A stretch of 37,572 bases of DNA from Sphaeroforma arctica JP610 (Eukaryota), in the NCBI RefSeq assembly GCF_001186125.1, contig NW_014040357.1, positions 15,623 through 53,194 on the forward strand, written 5' to 3'. Both the position numbers and the translations under genes were made by a program. Shown one piece after another: positions 30,330 to 37,572 of the stretch. Positions within the stretch are counted from its first letter, which is position 1. Every line of letters begins with the position of its first letter. The notes beneath the pieces were generated by a model. The model worked only from the letters and a program-made list of their open reading frames with translations, searched no databases and was not told the DNA's origin.

Positions 30330-31746
30330 GATAATAATATTTATTTCAAAAATGGCAAGTATGTATGATACAATGTATGAACATATGGTATGGCTCTCAT
30401 AGTCGCTGTAGGGACCCTCGCAAACAGCGCGCGGAGGCAGTTGATCCAGTTTTCAGGCATTCCAGCGTGACGCAGAAATACCCATAGGCGTGGGAGAGCG
30501 ACCTTGTCGTATGCCTTGGTTATGTCCAGACAGACGTCGTTCCACTCCTCTTCTGACTGTGTCTCAGATTCCATGGCGGCAAGTGCTTGGGTATGACAGG
30601 AGTACCGTGATTTGAAGCCAGCTTGGGTAGCATGTGTAGCAGAGCCGGGGTGGCTCGTAATCAGATTAAGGAAGCACTTTTCAAAGGTGCGTCTGACTAT
30701 TTGCGTAAGAGTGATGGGGCGGAAGTCGGCGGGGGAGGTGATATCTGCATCGGCTTTCTTTGGGTGCGCTGTCAGGAGGCTGCAGTTCAGGGCTGCAGGG
30801 AAGGTACCCGCCTTCAGTAGCTCAGTGAATGCTTCGGCCAGGAGTCTAATAAGTGGGCTATTGGCGTCGAGGCGTCCTAATGTCCGGCGTTCGGTAGAGC
30901 ACTCCACTGCGGCCTTCAGGAGGAGGATGTGGATCCCGTCGGGGCCAGGTCCCTTATTGGGATAGCGTAGTATTGCCTCCATTACATCGTCGGGGCGTAT
31001 GGTGGAAGTGGCATCAGGAGAGGGTTCGGTATTCGGTGGAACCACGTNNNNNNNNNNNNNNNNNNNNCCCAAGGTCTGTTTAAGTCATAATGGAACCCTC
31101 TAAAGATTTGTGGGTTAGTGGCATAGCGCCAGATGCGGTCGAGGATTCGTAGCAGCCCTTCCGCTGGTCCATGTAAAGTAAGATACGACCGTAGTAGGTT
31201 CTGGTGCGCCCGGATTTCGGCTTGGAATAGTCGCGCGCCGGATTTGTTGCGTAGGTGATACAGTCGATGGAGATATCGGTTATATCCATGGGAGGGAAGG
31301 CGTTGGTCCGGAGGCGGCGGCATTGCTGGCATTTGTTGGGGCCGATGGATTTGATTCGTGGGAAGTATCTGGAGATCAAGTCCAAAGGTGTGGTCACCTC
31401 AGATACTGTAGTCCGTCAGCTTATAAGTTTGGAGGGAGGGGGGCGTGGTAGGCCGATGATACGCATGTTCAGTCCCAGTTGAGCCGCCAGCATAGAGGTA
31501 GTCCAAGTGCCACGTCTTACGCAGAGTAGTCTCAATCGTTTTCATACGTAGTCCGTGATTTGTAGATGCGTGGCCATACTTCCGGGCTTTGAAGTTGAAA
31601 TCTCCCCACACGACATCTGGTTGGGAACCGCCAATCTCGAGGGGATTCATGTATCGCCTGACGTCTTCTTCAGTGTGCGATTTGAGTAGAAAGTAGAACA
31701 CGGCCATATGAACGCCAAAGCACACAAAGAACACCGCGTAGGAGGT
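30330..31746 (-). mobile_element. 5'-truncated, internally deleted LINE (APE endonuclease plus partial RT) inserted in the copia
   Basis: APE motifs VVWGDFN, LDYLY and GDH. RT N-terminal motifs PGPDGI, FRPITL, QAGF and LDITKAYDKV. 8-bp TSD GGGATAGG at 30322-30329 and 31747-31754. Confidence 0.88.
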
Positions 31747-31959
31747 GGGATAGGAGGTGGGCGTTGTGCAAGCCTGTGGTTCAGCAGGGAGATTTGACTG
31801 TAGGACGTCTGACATTAGTCGACCGACAGGAGGAATGTGGCCTTGGAAGGGCACGATAGTGTCTGGGGAGCTGGTGGGGAGGAACCAGTCAGGAGGTATG
31901 TTGTAGAAGCTGGGGGTAGAAGAATATGTGGCAATGCGGCCGTCAGACGACCATTGGGC

Positions 31960-32690
31960 AATCTCTTCCGTAAGGAATATCTGGCGCTGTGTAGCGAAAT
32001 TCTGGACGCGGTAGCAGTAAGGGGTGGTATTGGAACTCCGGCCTAGAAGGACACCGAAGCCAACCTGAGGATCGTGTTTAGGAGTACGAGCGGCGGTTTG
32101 TCCGCGTAGTTTAAACATGACTACGCATCCAAAGGATGGTCCTCCTGTAAGAAGATTTGTGCGGGGGTACGGAGTTTATCATTTTCGCCCAAAGTTCTGT
32201 TACGTATATCGCCTGCCAGAGAAGGGCATTTTCCCAGCCAGTACGAGGCATACCGGAGTCGATAAGAAGGAGACATATGAGGCCGTTTAATGGTGAGGAC
32301 GCTCGACCTTAGCGTTCTGTGATGGGGAATAAGGAGGGGGGCGTCGAAGCTGCATACGGCGTGCTAGAAGCATATCCTTCATATTTTGACTGTGGAAGGA
32401 CTTGTCATTATCGGCAGTTAAAGTGTCGGGAACCCGGAATGCTGGGGCAGTTGTAAGTAGGCGATCAATATTAACAAACATGTTTTGTTTATCGGGTATT
32501 GCTTTGTGAAGGCCATAGCGTGTGCTGGCATCAAATATGTTTAAAAAATATTTGTTGTTGTAGCGACTGGGTGGCACAGGACCCTGGAGATCGGTGTGGA
32601 ACCGTTCCCCTGGTCCATACACCGTATTGGTCTGTTGATGTGGTATGTTCGCTGCCTTGAGCTTGCCCTCAAGACAAGTATGACAATTAT
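31960..32690 (-). pseudogene. Copia integrase: CxxC, DDE core and downstream SH3-like region
   Basis: CHTCLEGK..ERFHTDLQGP..LTADNDKSF..PPYSPSQNAKVER; KHDPQVGFGVLLG..YRV. Confidence 0.9.
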
Positions 32691-32771
32691 TTGGGAATTC
32701 TGGTTCGCTTGAGCATAGGTAATAGCGAGGTTAAGGTCGCGAGCTGGCGAGACGTGTGAGTGAATAGGTCA

Positions 32772-33190
32772 GAGTAGGGCAACAATTGTAAATGCCCAAG
32801 AAGGCTTGCCGATCGTTTGAGACCCATGGCGAGAGAGGGTGGTAGCTGTGTTTTGTATTATAAAAGGCTGACTCTGGAGATGCGCTAAAAGAGCAGGCCA
32901 CCAAGGGGCAACTGGACGAAGCGGGGCGACTAGGACAAGTGTGCTGGAAGCTTTTGTGTTGGCCGCTATGATATCTGTAATCAGGAACCAAGGGGGGCAG
33001 GCGTATGCCAGTTCTGTAAGCAGATCATTATCCGACCAGTCGAGTACAATACCTCCCCCTTCAGGGGACACTTAATGGGGGAATTGAGCTGTAGTCTTTG
33101 ATGCACACAAGTCTAGAGTGGGAGAAACTCCTAAAAATTGAAGTACTGCCTGGAGAAGTTGTAAATTAAACATCCACTCCTCGGTGTGAA
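32772..33190 (-). pseudogene. Dam-like DNA N6-adenine methyltransferase domain embedded in the copia pol
   Basis: TEEW..LDLCAS (33116-33099)..LDW..YACPPW (33005-32988)..LVLVAPLRPVAPWWPAL follows the motif order of phage/DIRS Dam-family MTases. One internal TAA at 33072-33074. Confidence 0.75.
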
Positions 33191-33899
33191 AATGGAATGG
33201 AGGGGGATTAGTTAATGTGACGTTCCCGTGTTTGGCCATACGTAATGTCACGTGGCGGCTGCGATGGCCAGAAGCTCTGTGGTAGGCGTCGTAAGTCATG
33301 GTGGTGTGAGGTTCTTTAGTGGTAGATGAAATGGGGTGCGTTTTGGGGTTGTTAGTGTGTTGGACCTCATTAGAAGAGTCTCTGGGGCCGGATGAGATGG
33401 CGATGTATGTGCTGTGGTGGCCGGATTAGGTGGCTCTTGATTGGGAGGAGTGTGAGTGGGAATAGGTGTTACGCCCTGTAATGGTGGCACAGGTGTGGGC
33501 AAGGTATGAGTGAGTGTGGCTGCTGTGTGTGTTGGTGGGGGATTGCGTGGTTGTGGGGCTGGGTTGGGCAGTAGGGGTGCACGGTGTTTTGTCAGTGTTT
33601 TAGTGTGATTGTCTGGCTCCAAAAGTAATCGTACGATGGGGGGAGAAAGTGGTTTTTGGAGGGAAGGATAAGAGATATAGTAGCCGACAAAAGTCCTAGG
33701 AAGGGTGATCGTGGAGGAATGGAGGCTGAGGAAGCATTCATTTCTGTCACCGGGGAATTGAAGAGTGAAACCGCAATCTTGTAAATTGTTCAGGGCAATA
33801 AGCCCTTGGGTGAGCTCTGGGTCGAGTTATGTTTTTCCAAGTTGGGGTAGTGTTTCGCGAACGGTTTTTTATGCGGTTGTCGGCAAGGCGCAACGGGAA

Positions 33900-35109
33900 A
33901 ATGCCAGTTTCTACGTTGTGGAGGAGGTGACGTGCCGAACTATGCATGTATTTGACAGTTGCGCCGCCGGTCACTAGTAAGGAGTCGTTGTTGGAGTTTG
34001 AGGAGTGTGTAGTTTTGCACACAGTAGGGATGATTATACGTGCAATGGTGATTACAACAGTATATCGAAATTTTTTTTATTACTGCGTTTTGAGCATACA
34101 ATAGCAAGATGTCCTTTCTTGTTGCAGTTGGAGCATTCTAAGGCCTGGGCTGTGCATGAACGACTGTTGTGGCCAGGAGTACCACATCGGCCACAGGCTT
34201 TTGAGCATAGCGAGGAGACATGTGTGGTTTTCTGACACATGAAGCAGAACATTGTCTGATTGTTGGTGTTTGAAGTCGATGCTTTCATGTCATGGAGCAT
34301 ACGCACGATGTCCTGAATAGTCGGCTCAGCAGCTGGTGTGGTGCGGGCTATGCCAGGGATAACTTTATCGTTTGATGAGAGAGGGGTCTTCGTGGCATGA
34401 AGGCGCTCGAGGTAGTCGAGTATCAGTTAGATCGTGATGGCGTCCCTATGTTTGAAAGACATAAGGTATACATTGTGTACCTGGTGTTTGTCCACATCGG
34501 AAAGCCCGTCGATGAAGAGGTTTTGAGCGACAATCGGGGAGAAAGTGGTGCCTTGAAGTTCGGCCCTGAGGAGGACGTCTTCGATGCGGTGGGACCAAGT
34601 GCGAAGAGATTCGTCTTGAAGGCGGGTGAGCGTGCGAAGGTATGCCGCGTCGATAATAGCATAGGTGCTGCGCGATTGGTGTTTAAATCTACGCTTTATA
34701 TGAGCGAGGATTGTCCAGGGGTGTGAATTTCGAATAGTAGAGCAAGCTTTAGGCGTAGTGCAATGCATATTGTAGCGAGTATGCGATTCTTAGCTTCATA
34801 GTACGTGTCTGCTTCTTTACTGTTTGTGACATGATCTGATTCCTTCATAAATGCGGCTTGAGCAGGGATCCATTCCTTCTTAGGTGTCTGTTTGATCTCT
34901 GAGTAGGATTCTTTGACAGCCTCAGTAAGGGGAGTGTAGTGAAGAACTATAGAAAGATCATGTTGACTCGTGGCCGTGGATGCCATATCAAGGTCAGCGA
35001 TCCAGTGATCAATGTTGGTGCCATCTTCGTCGAGCATGGACCAAGAGATGGGAGGGAGTTTGGTTGAGCTAGAAAGCATCGTGAGTTCAGTAGGAAGAAT
35101 AAAAGTCAA
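33900..35109 (-). pseudogene. Copia gag with three CCHC knuckles and a degenerate aspartic protease site
   Basis: CFMCQKTTHVSSLC, CGRCGTPGHNSRSC, CSNCNKKGHLAIVC. LLVTGGAT occupies the position of the usual (I/L)DSGAT. Confidence 0.8.
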
Positions 35110-35113
35110 TAAA

Positions 35114-35123
35114 GCTCGTAACC
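35114..35123 (-). promoter_or_regulatory. Primer-binding site GGTTACGAGC (Ty5/copia-type, internal tRNA-iMet priming)
   Basis: Immediately follows the LTR end ...CTCTATA; one mismatch to the GGTTATGAGC-type PBS. Confidence 0.65.
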
Positions 35124-35229
35124 TATAGAGACTAATCCTTCAGATGTTTCTTAGTAACTAAATCTTTATTATTTCGTGAAAAACCTATTTGTAGTGAACG
35201 GAATATAAAGCTGCGCGTGGACCCATTTT
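35124..35229 (-). repeat. 5' LTR of the copia element (outer part truncated or replaced)
   Basis: Similar to 27351-27453; similarity stops after GACCCATTTT. Confidence 0.75.
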
Positions 35230-36689
35230 AGGCCGCATGGCAGTTGGAATAAAATTCCTATTGAGGTTTAAGACTAGAATAGGATAAACTAGGTTTGTCC
35301 TAAAAGAGGGCTAGTATTGCCTATAGGTAATATAAGCAAACAGGGACCTCTGCCGAAAAAAAAACACACCAATGCTAAGAGTACCGAACTGCAAAATTTT
35401 GTAACAAGATCACTCGTCAGCAAAATGATATTGCTGTTGACCCCAGACATAAAACATAAAAGAATCACAAATCAAATATAGCTTACCTGAACATAGCTTA
35501 CCTGAACATCTAAAGACAAGTTTTACACAAATGAGCCATAATGATTAAATAATATCGCCTATTACACCAACGGGAATGAACCGCAGACTGCGAGTCCAGA
35601 GTCACTTATAACTATCACTCAAAATGGAGTGTTCAAAGCACGTAGTAAAATCTGGAGGGTACTCGCATAAGCCCATACATTCGTATAAATATGGAATCCA
35701 TCCATCTTATAAAATATATGCGACCAAAGTACATAGTGCAAGCCATCCCCACTACTAAACTATGCATGAAACAATAAATGGTTCTTCACGTGTAATAGCG
35801 GATGTCAACATCACACAAGATAGAATACTAGACCCCGATACGAGCCATGTCAGTATACTGCCGCCATCCCCACCCAGCATCCCCATTCACAGGAGGATAG
35901 AGCATCAACACAATATAATGGAATACACAAGAATTGCAATGGTATACCCCCGATGGTTGTCAGCAAGAATCCACCAAATCTTAGTGCAACGTTCGTTCAA
36001 CATAATGACAACTCAAAATTCAGAGATACATATACCAACCGGAAATCTGCAATTACCCATCTATATAAATCGCCCATGGTTCATGCATTATAAGCCTACG
36101 CAAAGCGTGCAAGAGGTATCATCAACCGACAGTGGCTTCGAAGACAGCGAAGACAGTATGCCAAGTTTGATATCTGATAGCGCGAGCAACAGCACATAGA
36201 ATGCAACACGGTATGTAAAAGTTTTTTTTTGATTTTGATATTAAACATCACTTATGACTGTTATATCACATTATAAATATGCGAGACTATACCTTGATAG
36301 CTCTGCACACCGTACCTCCTAAAACTGAAGGATTTTAAAATATAATACTTATACAATGAGTCATTGCACATAATCATCATCCATAGCAATGTCTTCTGTC
36401 TCTGATACCCATTTGTCCATTTGTGTTGTTTTGAGTAACCCATCAAATACCATACGTACACACATACGCAGTTGACTGGGAGAGACTGGAGTTGTCTTCA
36501 AAAACTGGACCAAGGATGGGGTCAACTAAATCTCTGCAGACAAAGCAGGAATTTGCTGCAACTGCATGTCATCTGTATCGACTATAGCTTTGTCACAAAG
36601 ACGTTGGTATTTAGTCCAGACCGACTGCATTCGACCGTCCCATTCTTTGGCACTCTTGGACGTCAACAACATCCTGGCCAACCTAGCTT

Positions 36690-37572
36690 TTACCGCAAGA
36701 GGACATTGTGCAAACGGTGAGTGCCTAAACAACTATGACAGATAGTATCAGCAATCCGCATGTGTGCTGCTGTTTCCAACTCAGAGTTGACATAATTCTC
36801 CTCATGGTAGAAATCAATAAATGTACGAAGCAAGGTAACCGTTTTGTTCTTATAACGGACTCGATGTAGCACCGGACCTTCATGTGAGATGACAGTGGCG
36901 GGGAAGTACCATTTGGCACGTAATTTGTGCGACCCAATGTCCTTCCAGACCCTCACCGTAGTACCAACAGGTATTTGTGGTGTATCGACTCGTGCCTTAT
37001 CAGCATCTCACTGCTGAATAAGGCGATATCTACCATCCAAACAAGTAGCAATCTTATCCCTAATCAAGGCACTCAGACTCGTATCATTAATGAGCATACT
37101 GGCGATCTCAACCTGCAGGGTAAGACGTTGGGGACCATCATATACACGGCCAGTGTGTGAAAAGAACGGGGGAAACCATGTTTGCGGAACTACCGCCGCA
37201 TTGTAGGACATCGCGGCTGCATAGACGTTCTCCACCCAATCATGGTAAGTATCAGATTCATTGAGAGGTGCCGTCCATTCTTCAAGAGTACGAATCGCTC
37301 GTTCAACCCTGCTGTTCCCCTCATGGTGACCAGCAGTCCCCAGATGGATATGCACACCCAGATTAAGAGCAAATGTAGCATAAATCTCGTTGTCACAAAC
37401 CGATCCCTTGTTTGCAGTGATCTGCGTAGGTAATCCCTACGGGAAGACCTGTTCGCGTAGGAATTTGATAACACCTAACACATTCTTCATCGATTGCATA
37501 AAAACACTAACAACTAACAGCTTGGATACTTCATTGACAGCTACCAAAACGGATGATTTGTAGTAAAAGTCC
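36690..37572 (-). mobile_element. Gypsy/Ginger-type integrase remnant (runs off the window edge)
   Basis: TDQGS..GHHEGNSRVERAIRTL..DWVENVYAAAMSYN..FPPF..GR, then KLRAKWYFPATVI (GPY/F-like module). Frameshifted. Confidence 0.75.

Larger units (their letters stand above)
27351..35229 (-). mobile_element. Ty1/copia LTR retrotransposon, decayed, with nested insertions
   Basis: Direct repeats 27351-~27453 and 35124-35229 (TATAGAGACTAAT..AAAGCTGCGC..GACCCATTTT). Minus-strand domain order is gag-PR-IN-RT-RNase H. PBS is adjacent to the 5' LTR. Confidence 0.92.

Noticed and set aside
30330..30410. Possible snRNA/SL RNA (ATTTTTG Sm-like site, small hairpins on the minus strand)
   Set aside because: It sits at the LINE 3' end inside the TSD, and the second copy has CTTTTTTG instead; a LINE 3' UTR is the simpler explanation.
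31399..32118. 239-aa ORF as a genuine integrase-endonuclease fusion
   Set aside because: Chance in-frame join across the LINE 5' junction, marked by the TSD at 31747-31754.
35263..35330. GTTTAAGAC match to ~27532-27540 as the LTR outer end, and 10-11-bp matches to the solo-LTR-like insert
   Set aside because: The matches are short, intervening sequence does not align, their order is inconsistent and there is no TSD.

Overview
Intron-rich eukaryotic scaffold segment with microsatellites and three N-gaps; the organism cannot be identified from the sequence. The left ~11.5 kb holds host genes: the first exon of an RPN13/ADRM1-like gene (-), head-to-head with a multi-exon Ariadne RBR E3 ligase (+, middle exons lost in a gap), and a secreted peptidase C45/Ntn-hydrolase gene (-) with two frame lesions. 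The rest is mostly decayed, nested mobile DNA. It includes an 8.2-kb Mutator-like element with TIRs and TSD (12015-20173), a MITE, a small intronless zinc-finger-like ORF with a truncated paralog, an orphan MULE TIR, a Crypton-like remnant, a Ty1/copia element (-, ~27351-35229) carrying a solo-LTR-like insert and a LINE, and a Gypsy/Ginger-type integrase remnant at the right edge. Most notable: (1) the copia pol has a ~140-codon Dam-like adenine methyltransferase domain between the HH and CC halves of the integrase zinc-binding motif; (2) one LINE 3' end occurs four times, from ~1.4 kb down to 9 nt, always directly 5' of CTAT. All family assignments come from motif recognition by eye; no searches were run.
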